Assembly (NCBI GenBank): GCA_050575255.1
Contig: JBNZDD010013726.1
Span: 1,280,409-1,344,408 of the forward strand
DNA length: 64,000 nucleotides
From: Harriotta raleighana
Lineage: Eukaryota
Direction: 5' to 3'
Positions 24,048 through 36,692 of the stretch are shown in pieces. The stretch's first letter is position 1. Each line of letters opens with the position of its first letter. The translations under genes and the position numbers were made by a program. A model generated the notes under the pieces. The model saw only the letters and a program-made list of their open reading frames with translations. It did no database searches and was not told where the DNA came from.

Positions 24048-27000
24048 TAGATTCTTGTAGATTGAAGGATATCCATTGAACCCAGCATTGATGTTTGCCT
24101 CCCCCATACATTCCCCTGTGGGATCCATCATCTTGGACCTTCACTTTGAATCCACTAAAATTACCCGCCTGATAGTAGCAGCAAACAGTTGGACAGTGTG
24201 AATGCTTTGGGGCAGCCAACATTTGCTAAATTTGTGACACCTACCAATAATGATTAAAGTTTAAACAAGATGAATGAATGTTTAAAACATATCAATTGTC
24301 TTCCTTAGTTCCCCCATTCAACTTGAGGGCCATGATTTGTCAGGAAGGGTGAGCTGAGCAGCAAGCAACTTGGTACAGTATTTCTATGCGAAGCAGTCTC
24401 GTATTCCTATAGTTGGGCCACTCAATGAATATGCAATAGACTCACTGTAATTTGCATCTGACCAAGATACAATGCATATTACAAATGTTTTGGGATAAAT
24501 GATGTTCCATTACCACTGGTTTTAACTATTATCCCTGAATATCATTTTGGGGTTTAAGTTCTCTACTATGATGGCATTAAACAGACTTGCCTTCACTATG
24601 TTCTGTTCAACTTGCATGCTGATTATTGGCTCAGTATTGGCTTTCTTATGGCCAAAAATATAAATGTTTCATCTGTCTGTACATCTGAGCTCACTGCTGG
24701 GGGGTGTGGGGGTGGGGTGGGGGGGGGAGTAGGGGGAGAGATTTGGGCAATAGTCCATTGGCAAAATGTCTTTCCTCTCAAGTCTATGGCACAAGAACTG
24801 TTGCACCTCAGGCACAGACATGTTGTCAAATCTCTTTTTCAAACTGGCAGCAGGCGATGAATATTTTTTGCACTTGGCAAACACAAAGGTGAATTATTCA
24901 TTCAAAGAAAGCGCAGTTGGTAGAACATTGCATTGAAAATTTGCTGCTTCTCACACAACATTCTGTCAATTGCATAAGCAGAATACAGATAAAATTGCTG
25001 CTGTTCAGCAAAGTCGTCAGTTTCACCGCCTTCTCAACTCTCTCTACGTTAAATTAACTGTGCACATGATTTCTCATTTATCAAGTCAGTTTTCATCACA
25101 CACACATTTTACACCTCCTACCATGCCTTGCTCTGCATCAAATTGCGTCATCATCGTATAGTGCTCTGACATGCTTTCCTGTGCTATGTAAATGCACGTT
25201 GCCTTTACCTAATTTAGGACTTCAAACTCACCCACTAGGCTGACACTGCACTTTACAGTAAATACCTGGGAATCTCTTTGAGCTGTTTCAAAGATATGAG
25301 GCACAATATCAAATGCAAGGATTATTATTATACAGTATTCTGATCATATCTTCCACAATCCTTGGCTTTTTCACAGATGAACAATGGGACCAGATATATG
25401 CTACTAAATTGAGCTGGGTTTATGTTGTTTCCTACAGGCTCATGTCAATCAAGCTTGGTATGATCGGTAATGATATGTTCACATTCGGCATCAATACCAG
25501 GGTTTATATAAGATTAATATTCCAAAGGATAACATGCAGTGTGTTCAATAGTGTGGTGGGATATGGCTTTTCCTCTGTTGTTCTGTATTTCAACAATATG
25601 TTGTACATTATGTGCGTAAACTGAAGGGTAAAATTGAAGAAGAGTCATTTCCATCTGTTTCCATTCACCTCTGAAGGTCCAGCTTCAGAGAATCATTGAT
25701 AAAGGTCTCAAGAGGGGAATGCGTTTGTGCAGATTATATGTTCGTGGGGGAGGAGCAGGAGAAGCAACCCAGGAAGGGAAATAAAATTACTTTGAAGGAA
25801 AAAAGGAAGTTCTTTGCTCAGTAAATAAACAAATAATTTTGAAAATGATTCCAGGAAACTCCTGAAAAACTATACAGTTGAACAAGAATAAAATGTACCC
25901 AAACTGGAAACAAGCAAAGGTGCCAAGGAAGCTCCTTATGCAGACTGCACATAATCTGTCCCATTAGGAATTGATTTCAACTTAATTTATCTTCTAGATG
26001 GTATAGTTGGATTTCCTTTCTGAGCTCAACTGAACTTTATCTGCCTTTCCATGACTTTATCTGTCTTTCCATGGGCGATATTTAAAGAGCCTGATGTGCC
26101 TGGTAAGGAAATGTCAGAGATGGTATCAACCCTGTAGAGAAAGATAAACTGGATATTACTGACTCCAGAGAGTTGACAGTTGCAATAAAAATAGTAATAT
26201 TTTAAATCAATGTTAGTGTAATAATTCCAGTCCACAACTGTAAGAATTTTCACAACTCAAGTGTAAGTTAGTTATTTTCAGCTCACAATCAATCCTCCAG
26301 CCTCACCTAACTCTCTTCCCATCATTCTTTGATACACTTGCTTATATCCCATCGGCTCTTTTTCAATTGCTATTAATTTCTTAAAGGGATATCCAACAGT
26401 TAGTAAAAGGTTGCATTGTTCAACAAATGCTTTGTAACCAGAAACTGTGTCCAAAAGAAGATTCCTGTTTGAGATCCAGGCAAAGACAAGCACAGACCAT
26501 TTTCATGCAATGATTGCAGTGTGAAGCTCTAAATTGTTTCATGTCTGACATTAATTTCAGGTCCAGTGTCTGAGTTTAGCCTGAGATGGCTTTGGAGCAA
26601 ATTGGAATCTGATCACACTCTCCCCCAAATACCAATCTCTTATTAACAGCCTTTTGACAGCTTGTTGTCGCGGTTACCATGTTGTGAAGCATGTTGTGTT
26701 ATCTGTGATATTTGCCATTTCTGTGCACCGACTATGGTGGTAGGAGAGAGAGGGGGTAGGGCGAAGTGAACACTTTGATAGGGTTTTGGCCTGCAGTGAG
26801 GAGCTTGTGGCTGTTCTGTCAGATGGTCCAGCTGTTACGGAAGCAAGCTTGGGTGAACCTGTCATGTCACACAGTGCATGGCATCTGGGCATCATTTCCC
26901 AAGTCTTCTTTGAAGGTTATTGTGATACGTAAATGAACAGAAGTACTGTTTAGGTTATATTTACTATAGTTCTTAAAGAATTAAAGGGAGGTCATGCTGT

Positions 27001-27599
27001 AGTTAACCTAAATTGGATTTGCTTTCAATGAGATTATTATATAGGTGTGTGTGTATGTCTCTCTCTCTCTCTCTCCCTCCATACACCAGCCATGATACCC
27101 AAGGGACAGGGTGACAATTTACCTCCATTCAGGTCTCCGACAGTCCTACTTCTTGGTTTGGTCAGATGAATGTTTTGACATACAGTATATGAATCCAGTT
27201 CACAACTTTAAGAGTATCTAAACCAAACAACAACAACAAAATTACTCTGTAAATTCCACAAATGTCTGCCAATTATATGTGGACATTGCCCTGGTTCTGA
27301 AATGGATATGTACAATATACAGTGCTCACTCTCTCCCTGAGGAGAGTTATCATGCTTACCTAATTTCAGAGAGTACTGTATTAGAGTATTTGGTACCGGT
27401 TGTGTCAAATTAAGGCTTGTATTGTATATAGTTTATGTCGAATGAGAGCGACTTGGAAATGGTCCAGGTCTTTTTACTTTCTAACATTGTGTTTTCTCCT
27501 TCCTGGTTCATTCACATGAGGAATTGCCTGGTCTTTGCACCATGTCTCTCTAACTGTACAAAAAGTTCCCTTGAGTTGTTGGAAAGTGAATCCAGAAAA

Positions 27600-27790
27600 T
27601 ATTATTCATGCAAAGAGTTTTGAGAATGTGCCATTTCTTCAGAAACTCATAGGTTCAGATTAAATTGAGATGTTTGAGTGGGAGATAGATAAACTTCTTG
27701 AGAAGTAAGGGATATGAGGAAATGTGATTGGAAAGGTAAGAAACTCCTTTGCATTCTATAATGGCAGAGCAGGCTTCGTGGTTTTCTGAT
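27600..27790 (+). mobile_element. Degraded CR1 3' fragment (duplicated at about 29164-29354)
   Basis: GAGATAGATAAACTTCTTGAGAAGTAAGGGATATGAGG...AATGGCAGAGCAGGCTTCG resembles a CR1 ORF2 end and 3' UTR. Confidence 0.45.
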
Positions 27791-28240
27791 CTAATGTGCC
27801 TAACTGAGATTAGTAACTGAATAATGCATGGGATATGTATATTAGTGAGATAGACGTCATACACTATTGGCATCGTTACCTGCTTTCAGTCACACTCTAT
27901 AAGCAGATGCTGAAAAGGTGTTTGAGCCCTGCCTGATGTAGCTCATGCAATGGATTTCATGCCTCTGCAACCCAATAAAAACAGTTTGCACCTTCCCTTG
28001 AAGCACTGGCTGAGATTTGGCATATAATGTGTGGGGAAAGTGATATTCACTAACACAGGATATTGGAAAGCCAGCATGCTAAACCATGGGTCAGCCTGCC
28101 TCTATCTCAGTACAGTTGAAAAATAGTATTTGATTACAGTATTTTTAAAGTAAATTTCAGATAAGAAAGAACTGCATAAATTAATTCAATTCACACTGGT
28201 CCCAGCTGTTCAACGTTGAACCTGACATATTTTTAGACAG

Positions 28241-28552
28241 TAGTAATAAGAATAATAATCCTTGCATTTGATATCGCGCTTTTCACATTTTATCGACGTT
28301 TCAAAGCACTTCACAGAATTTACTGTAAAGTGAATTGACTGTATATTTGTGGGCGAAACGCTGCAGCTAATTTCACACAGCAGTGTCCCACAAACAGCCG
28401 TGCATTGAAATTTCCAATTTTTATTATTGTGGGTTTTTTTGGACAGGCATGTGGAGTAAGGAAACTTGCCCAAGGTTTTGCCCTGATCTGCCTGGATTCG
28501 AACACAGATCTCACGCTTGTAAGGTGAGCTCTAATGAGCTACAGGAGCTCCA
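28241..28552 (-). mobile_element. tRNA/Deu SINE
   Basis: AATAATCCTTGCATTTGATATCGCGC ... GAGCTACAGGAGCTCCA. Confidence 0.88.
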
Positions 28553-29804
28553 CAAAGTACAGGTACATTTGTACAGGTGGAAGCACTTGAATACTTTCTC
28601 TAATCTGGGTTTGGGATTATGAGTGAAAGAGTACCATCTGCCAATTTTTGCAAATAAAGAAAATTAACCCCGTTTNGACAATTTACCTCCATTCAGGTCT
28701 CCGACAGTCCTACTTCTTGGTTTGGTCAGATGAATGTTTTGACATACAGTATATGAATCCAGTTCACAACTTTAAGAGTATCTAAACCAAACAACAACAA
28801 CAAAATTACTCTGTAAATTCCACAAATGTCTGCCAATTATATGTGGACATTGCCCTGGTTCTGAAATGGATATGTACAATATACAGTGCTCACTCTCTCC
28901 CTGAGGAGAGTTATCATGCTTACCTAATTTCAGAGAGTACTGTATTAGAGTATTTGGTACCGGTTGTGTCAAATTAAGGCTTGTATTGTATATAGTTTAT
29001 GTCGAATGAGAGCGACTTGGAAATGGTCCAGGTCTTTTTACTTTCTAACATTGTGTTTTCTCCTTCCTGGTTCATTCACATGAGGAATTGCCTGGTCTTT
29101 GCACCATGTCTCTCTAACTGTACAAAAAGTTCCCTTGAGTTGTTGGAAAGTGAATCCAGAAAATATTATTCATGCAAAGAGTTTTGAGAATGTGCCATTT
29201 CTTCAGAAACTCATAGGTTCAGATTAAATTGAGATGTTTGAGTGGGAGATAGATAAACTTCTTGAGAAGTAAGGGATATGAGGAAATGTGATTGGAAAGG
29301 TAAGAAACTCCTTTGCATTCTATAATGGCAGAGCAGGCTTCGTGGTTTTCTGATCTAATGTGCCTAACTGAGATTAGTAACTGAATAATGCATGGGATAT
29401 GTATATTAGTGAGATAGACGTCATACACTATTGGCATCGTTACCTGCTTTCAGTCACACTCTATAAGCAGATGCTGAAAAGGTGTTTGAGCCCTGCCTGA
29501 TGTAGCTCATGCAATGGATTTCATGCCTCTGCAACCCAATAAAAACAGTTTGCACCTTCCCTTGAAGCACTGGCTGAGATTTGGCATATAATGTGTGGGG
29601 AAAGTGATATTCACTAACACAGGATATTGGAAAGCCAGCATGCTAAACCATGGGTCAGCCTGCCTCTATCTCAGTACAGTTGAAAAATAGTATTTGATTA
29701 CAGTATTTTTAAAGTAAATTTCAGATAAGAAAGAACTGCATAAATTAATTCAATTCACACTGGTCCCAGCTGTTCAACGTTGAACCTGACATATTTTTAG
29801 ACAG

Positions 29805-30116
29805 TAGTAATAAGAATAATAATCCTTGCATTTGATATCGCGCTTTTCACATTTTATCGACGTTTCAAAGCACTTCACAGAATTTACTGTAAAGTGAATT
29901 GACTGTATATTTGTGGGCGAAACGCTGCAGCTAATTTCACACAGCAGTGTCCCACAAACAGCCGTGCATTGAAATTTCCAATTTTTATTATTGTGGGTTT
30001 TTTTGGACAGGCATGTGGAGTAAGGAAACTTGCCCAAGGTTTTGCCCTGATCTGCCTGGATTCGAACACAGGTCTCACGCTTGTAAGGTGAGCTCTAATG
30101 AGCTACAGGAGCTCCA
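29805..30116 (-). mobile_element. tRNA/Deu SINE (second copy inside the duplicated block)
   Basis: Same as 28241-28552 apart from one substitution. Confidence 0.85.
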
Positions 30117-32659
30117 CAAAGTACAGGTACATTTGTACAGGTGGAAGCACTTGAATACTTTCTCCAATCTGGGTTTGGGATTATGAGTGAAAGAGTACCA
30201 TCTGCCAATTTTTGCAAATAAAGAAAATTAACCCCGTTTATAATGGTGAGTTCAAAATGTAAACAGAAATTGCTCTCTTCAGAGCTGGCCAGCTACTTAG
30301 TTTGCTGGAAACTCTTTGCAATAAACTGCACCACAAAGGAAATTGTACTTATGTTTAACTGTAGGTAATAGCTGATTCATCTCCCTTAATCTGTCTGAAT
30401 AAATGTACCAAGACACTGTTCTGGTAAAATTAACAAAGCCTGGTAACACCAGGATACAAATGAAACCTGTAAATCTTTAAGGTCTTGAACAGTGAAAGAG
30501 ATTGAATTCTGTGTATCTACATAGACAATGCACCCTAATGCACACTAAGATCCCAATGTAGACATGTAAACCTTTTGTTTATTATTCAATAGCATCATTT
30601 TTGGCAGTTTTATGAGCTCCGCGATTTGGAATCGTGATGTGTTCAACATTAATATGCAAGTCCTTCTTAGTAAGCCACCACTTGCTCTGTAAACTTTGGC
30701 TGTCCGTGTATCTCAGGCAGCGTCACACTGGTAGGACTATTGTGCTTTAACGTATCGGTCAATGATTGAAGTCTTGACAGATTCATTTTCTTTCACATGC
30801 ATATTCTTCAAATTGCTATTTCTGGACTTATAATGTCTTGCCAAATGTTTGGTACTATGATGAAGCTAAAATACTTTTAGACCTAGAGTCATGATTTCCA
30901 TTGCACTGAGATATCTGTGGTTTGTGGTCACAAGTGGTAGTGTCTACACTAATAATCAGTGTATGAGTAGCTGATCCTTTGCCAGCCTGAACTGCTTGAC
31001 CAGACCAGTCTTCCTTTCAAAAAGGAAAGCACTTTTTGCAAATGTGATTTTATGTGGCAAAAGACAGTTTTCTTCTCATGTATCAATTTCAGTGATTTGA
31101 ACCTTGATAGACATTGTTGTATTGAAGCCTGCGTGGTTCAGCACCATTTAACGATATCCATAGTGAACTATAGCTCTTTGTGCTTAATACAATATGAGAA
31201 TTATCCACCAGGCACAAGGATTGTGATGACAATGACATTAATAATAGTAAATAATAATCCTTGTATTTGATATTGCGCTTCATCACTTCACCGAGACATC
31301 TCAAAGCGCTTTACAAGTGTAATTTTGTTGTTGTTTGCAAAAAAAACTGTAAAGCGAAGTGACCATATTTTTTGTGGGCTCGTGTGTCAAAGAGAAACAT
31401 TAAAGTGGTTTGTGACATCCTAACCACAATGAGAGTTACTGTTCCCGGTGGCTTAGCACCTCAATACTACGTGTTGGAATAAGCAGTGTTCGCAAAATCT
31501 ACTTTGAAGCAGATGGGTTGACATAATGGCCTAAAAGGCTTTCTTCTGTGCTGTAAATTTCAAGACAGTGAATCTCATTTATTATATGGTAAGAGGTGGT
31601 CGTGTGATCTAAAACAAGGTGCAAAAACTAGTTTCATTCTACATGCATGCAGCCTACCAGCTCGTAATATGCAAGCCAGCCATTCATTTTGTTGAAAGAA
31701 AGCAAGCTGCCCAGCACAAATGAAATGATGTTGGCAGGGACCTCATGGATCTCAAGTTGAACATTTTAAAAATCAGCAGAAGTCAGCCAGTGATTTGAAA
31801 TGATTTGAAGTGAATGGGATGGCTTTCTGGCTGCATTTTGCATTTTTAAGTGTTTGGATTCGCACTCCAGGAGTGGAATAAGTAAATCCGGATTATAACG
31901 AAGTGTGTTACAACTGGATTCTACAGTATTTTGCTGGAAGCAAGTGCAGTACCAAACTGGAAGAGAGAGTGACATAATTTTAATACAGTACATTAATAAG
32001 AGGTAAAATGAAAATAGAAAATTACATAAACAAAGGAAATAATTTATCTGTTGGTGCATTGCTTATGAAGCCAATAGATATCTTAATTGGGCAGCATATT
32101 GAAGCAGTAGTTGTTTCATAATGTATTTTTCTCTCAACTATTTAGTGTGAACTGCAGTGTTAATGCTGATTGCATTGCTGTGTGCTGAAGAGCTTTCTGG
32201 CACTGAACAATACACTTTCAATAAAATTACAAGCTGTCTTGTTAGTGAATCAGACTGATAAAAAAAACTATCCAATGCTATTCGAGAACAATTCCATTGT
32301 ACTGGAACTCACCATAAAAAATTGTAAAAGTGTATTCAACTACATTTATTGATAAGGTTAGTCTTTGGTCATTCAGAATATATCTGTCCTGTCTGTCCTG
32401 ATCTTGAATCAGTCCTCATTAGCTTGCGATCTATTCCCTCTNATTTTTTTCCTCTCTGTCCTGATCTTGAATCAGTCCTCATTAGCTTGCGATCTATTCC
32501 CTCTGGCAAGAATATTTTGCTTTTTATGGGTTCATGGAAATGTAATTTTTTCTTTTATAGGTTTCTTTTTCATAACCAACTTTCTCCTGTTTTGGAGAGC
32601 ATTGACTCAGTTGTAAAAGATAAAGCTGCCAAGGAATCATCAACCATCCACTATCTCAC

Positions 32660-32850
32660 TTGACTGACCATGATTCTAGTGTGCATCTAGACAATGAGCA
32701 TAGGCAGGCTAGCTGACTATAAGAAGCAACATAGCTAAGCCCGATGCATTTCTCATCCAATGTCCATACATGTATAGTTTACAGCATGGTAAATAACTGG
32801 CTGGTTTCCTCCCTCGTCTTTGCCCAGCAGTGCTGAGTCAAATTGTAATT
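32660..32850 (-). mobile_element. Ancient SINE remnant (probably the same family as 4775-5020)
   Basis: CTAGACAATGAGCATAGGCAGGCTA...AGCCCGAT...CTCATCCAATGTCCATAC; family assignment by recall only. Confidence 0.4.
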
Positions 32851-33261
32851 TTGAAGCACGTCAAATACAACGGTATATCATTTGGAAGCAGCCCTCCTTT
32901 TAGGTGTGGTTCCCAGGCTAATTTATTTAAAGTTTTATTATAGCTGCTAATTAAATCTGAGCACTCAGCAATGATAACGAGTCTCTGCTACTGGAAATAA
33001 GCCTCCTCCTCCTGCACTGCCCCAAGAACCTGTTTAATTGATTGAAGGTTAAACAATTATAAGATACACTGTTTTATTTCACGGTAATAAACTACAGATT
33101 ATTATTCGGCAGACTTGGAATGATGGCACCTCAATCATTAATTCTTAATCAATTGGAATGAGCACACTGACAATCAAATCCATATCTGACAATGACTAAC
33201 AGCAAATAACACTCATAAAGACTCAAGAGCATTTAATAGAGCAAGAAAAAAAAGATACTTT

Positions 33262-33632
33262 TCGCAGTGGTTAAAAGTCTGCTTCCAGTTGGGTTCTGAT
33301 GGCATTTATACCCATTGCATTGTTGGAGCTGCTGTCCTTTGGATGAATCGTGAAACCAGGGTCCATGTGCCTTTTCAACTAGATGTTAAAGATCTCACGG
33401 CATTATTCGAAAAGAGAAAAGGGTTTCTCCTGGTGGGCTGGCCAATTACTTCCCAAGTAAAAACGGTTACTCACTTTATGGATGTTTTGCGGGATATTGC
33501 TGTGCACATATTGAGTGCTGCAATTGCCTACATTCACAGTTGCTGCATTTTACAGCAGAAAACCTGTGAAGCACTTTCAGACGTCTCGACAACATGATCA
33601 AGTACAAGATCAAATGCAGGAATTATTATTTT
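33262..33632 (+). mobile_element. Older Deu-domain SINE (SacSINE1/AmnSINE1-like)
   Basis: GCATTGTTGGAGCTGCTGTCCTTTGGATGA..GTGAAACCAGGG...AAAGATCTCACGGCATTATTCGAAAAGAG...GGGATATTGCTGTGCAC, with tail AAATGCAGGAATTATT. Confidence 0.7.
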
Positions 33633-33889
33633 ATGCTATAAGTAGCTTTAGTTTAACTTCCTGTGGGATAGTAGGTGTTGTGTAAACACTGAGGATTAGT
33701 TGAGCATCAAAGGCTACCTTAACATCCATAAAATTGTTTTGATGGCAACATTTGTTTATTTATTGCTACCTAGTAAAACAAGATACAATTAGAATAAAGT
33801 GGTGGGAGAATAAGTAAATTTATCNGCAAAACAAGATACAATTAGAATAAAGTGGTGGGAGAATAAGTAAATTTATCAAGCAACCGCTT

Positions 33890-34040
33890 TCTGAAATGAC
33901 TCATCTGAATGACGACATTTCTAACAGAGCAACACACCCTCAGCACTGCATTGCAATGTCAGCGCAGATTATGTGATTCCAATCTTGAACTCACAACCTT
34001 CTGACTAGGAGACAAAAGTGCTACCACTAAACAAGGCTGT
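33890..34040 (-). mobile_element. 5' half of a SacSINE1-like SINE
   Basis: TTGAACTCACAACCTTCTGACT..GAGAC and CTCAGCACTGCATTG are complementary to the head at 37735-37870. Confidence 0.65.
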
Positions 34041-34109
34041 CACTTGCCTCAGCAAATACTATTTTCTTTTTCCATTTCTCTTATAGGTTTGCCACGATTT
34101 CACTGAGGG

Positions 34110-34335
34110 AGAAAGTTTTCTTACTCCACATGCTTGCTAATAATCCATTGAAAAAAAATTATTTGGCCACTCAATCCACGACTGTTTGTGGGACACTGCT
34201 GTGTGCAATTGGCTGCCATGTATCGCCCACAAATATACAGTCAATTCACTTTACTGTATATTCTGTGAAGCACTTTGTGACGTCTAGCAGACGTGAAAAA
34301 CGCTATATCAAAAGCAAGGATTATTATTATTATTT
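34110..34335 (+). mobile_element. 5'-truncated tRNA/Deu SINE
   Basis: TTCTTACTCCACATGC...GGGACACTGCTGTGTGCAATTGGCTGCC...GCAAGGATTATTATTAT. Confidence 0.85.
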
Positions 34336-34339
34336 TGTT

Positions 34340-35160
34340 TGGAGCAGGCCTATTTATCTAACCAAAATACACATAAAAACAAAACGACTCCCCTAGAGTT
34401 TGGAATCGGTTTCCAGGTACTCACTGTCGAATGACATTTATACCATTGACACAAACAATGAAAAAAGTCATAGAGCAAAACAAAAAAACTATACCAAAAC
34501 AGAAGGGAGTTAATAACATCCTGGATGTGGCTAAACTAAAAAAAGTTTCTTCAGATACAAAGACCAATCAAAAATATATGAGAGGAAATGGAAACCAAAA
34601 TGGGAAGCAGTCAAGAGAGGAGATTTCATATGGAGGCATTATGATACATTATAGCAGAGTCTCACTTAAATCAGGCAATTCCCCCAACTCAAGGGAAGTT
34701 GGACTTTCAATAACAAACAGAAACACCATTGCTGCTCAACATGAAATACTATCAGGAAATGGAAAATCATTGGCAATAAATAAGTTCTATGCTATTGATC
34801 TTGAATATAGAGCAGCTTATGCTTCAGCAAGCAGCTGAAAGTGGAGAGATACTTTATAATGCATGTATCAGCTGCTGCAGAAATAGAAAGAGACAACAGC
34901 ATGAATATCTTTCGCCAGACTCAGAGTGCAAATCTTTCTGGTGTCAAGGCTGTTTTCTACCTCAGCAGAAATCTGCAAATATCACCAATAGACTGCCAGG
35001 AATTAGAGTCACTGACAGAGATTGCACCATACTATCATTGGGAATCAGATACATTCTCACAAGTGGAACAACTCCAATCACTACCACCATTACTTGACAA
35101 ACATGGAAACCTAATGCCTTCTGGTCTGGAATGAGCTGAGATGCATACATTTCTCCACTC
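34340..35160 (+). mobile_element. Highly degraded RTE-like LINE fragment (end of the endonuclease plus linker)
   Basis: A-rich + strand; peptides FPGTHCRMTFIPL..MKKV (cf. YPGADC.SDH.PL), ILDVAKLK, AEIERDNSMNIF and LDKHGNLM occur in the order expected for RTE-clade ORFs. Confidence 0.45.
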
Positions 35161-35769
35161 CTAGACCTCTAAGAAATGGATTTCTGCCAGTGATTAGGTC
35201 AGCAGTGATCAGACTCTGTTGCTGCAGTATTGAGAACTATCCTCAGTATGATAAGAATATAAAATCCAAAAGATAGCATTTAAGCCAACTTTGAGGGGTC
35301 TTAAAGACCTGATAAGGAGCTATATCAAATGCAAGGATTATTATTATTCTCAAGTTTACTTTACCCACTCATCATTGTGAAATGTATCCCATGATGGACT
35401 CTATTCTACTCGCGTTACGTTTTGAGGTTTTTGTTAGATGCGCCTTCCTTCCAAAATGTTAATCAAGTAAAAACTGTAAAATATTCATTAATCTCCACAT
35501 TTCCATCCACCAATGAGTGCAGGTGCAATGCAGTTTACTTTCAATTCTTATGTAAATCATTGTAACTTTTTAATCTCTTAAACCATTAGGCACAGGTATG
35601 CATTTCAGTGGTGAAAATGAAGTGGGAGACACCTATAGACTTGATCCCATTGAATGGGAATGTAATCTTGAATATTGATAAATGTTTCAAAGAAGCTACA
35701 CAACCATAATAATTTTCTCATGTTTGGTAGAAAATAACAGAGTAAGAGACCGAGCATTGTCGTGGGTTT

Positions 35770-36065
35770 GAAGTGGACCTGTAAAATTGGGTTCGAATTT
35801 ACGCCACACAGATGGGATGAGAGTGGTCTCTTTCTGTTAAATTTTAAAGGTCCTAAGTGAAATGAGTTTGGACACTCTTAACCCAATCCCCAGTGAGAAT
35901 GAGTTTGCAGCACAGAACTATCCATTTGACACTAATTGGTATTAAGTGGGCTGCCTTACTCCGAAAGGCCACAAGGTTAGCTTAGATTGGAAATGGAAAT
36001 GTCACACTGGTGTCAGAGGGTAGATTTCTGAGGTTGGTGTTGAGGCACGTTGTTTATTCTGCCTT
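35770..36065 (+). mobile_element. LF-SINE-like ancient SINE
   Basis: GGGTTCGAATT..CCACACAGATG; GGTCCTAAGTGAAATGAGTTTGG; GCAGCACAGAA; TTGACACTAATTGG; GTTGAGGCACGTTG; colinear with 10560-10895(-). Confidence 0.7.
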
Positions 36066-36564
36066 TTGCTCTCAAAAGAAAGTGGAAATGTATTCCCTTC
36101 TTCAGCTCTGACACCCCTGAATTTAATGAGCACGGAAATTTATCTAAAATATAAAGATTTTTTTTTAAAAGTCCACTTGGGTAAGGAGACAATATATATT
36201 TTGTCAGGTTTTGCATTTTTTAGAGTGTCCCGGTTAGATTTATGCTTTTAGAACATCTAGTTATTAATTGGAGTATTCTATCATTATTTTTTTCTGATAT
36301 AGTAACCTATCAAATTGACCATTGGCCATTGAATTTTTGCTTTTGGACTCTTTTATTGGCTGAATGAAGGCATTAAAGTACCAGCCATAAAACTACCTTT
36401 GGAGGTCTTTTGATTCCGAATAATTTCTCTTTTTTTTAAAAAAAAGTATTTTTACCAAATTCTGCAATTTTATTTGCAAATCCTTTCATGCTATTGTCAC
36501 AGTGAAGTTTAGTTACCGGATCCTATATTTTCAACATTATTGTTATTTATTAATTGTTTCAGAT

Positions 36565-36692
36565 CATCCTGCAATTAATTGTTTCTCCCACAAAACACAC
36601 AGTCAATTCACTTTACGGTATATTCCAGGAAGCGCTTTGAGATGTCTCAACCACATAATAAGGTGCTGTATCAAGTGCAACAATTATTATTG
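36565..36692 (+). mobile_element. SINE 3' fragment
   Basis: CAGTCAATTCACTTTACGGTATATTCCAGGAAGCGCTTTGAGATGTC...ATCAAGTGCAACAATTATTAT. Confidence 0.7.

Larger units (their letters stand above)
27113..30239. repeat. Apparent 1563-bp tandem duplication joined by a single N at 28676 (probable assembly overlap artefact)
   Basis: 27113-28675 and 28677-30239 are near identical (offset 1564); I saw only two differences, at 28508/30072 and 28601/30165. Confidence 0.9.

Noticed and set aside
26034-26073. 20-bp tandem dimer ACTTTATCTG(C/T)CTTTCCATG
   Set aside because: Ordinary slippage duplication
26661-26745. Possible terminal exon (…CCRGYHVVKHVVLSVIFAISVHRLWW*)
   Set aside because: Only an acceptor-like site; unrecognised peptide and no partner exons
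32392-33877. 50-bp direct repeats around the Ns at 32442 and 33825
   Set aside because: Both straddle a single N and look like contig-overlap artefacts, not biological or CRISPR-like repeats
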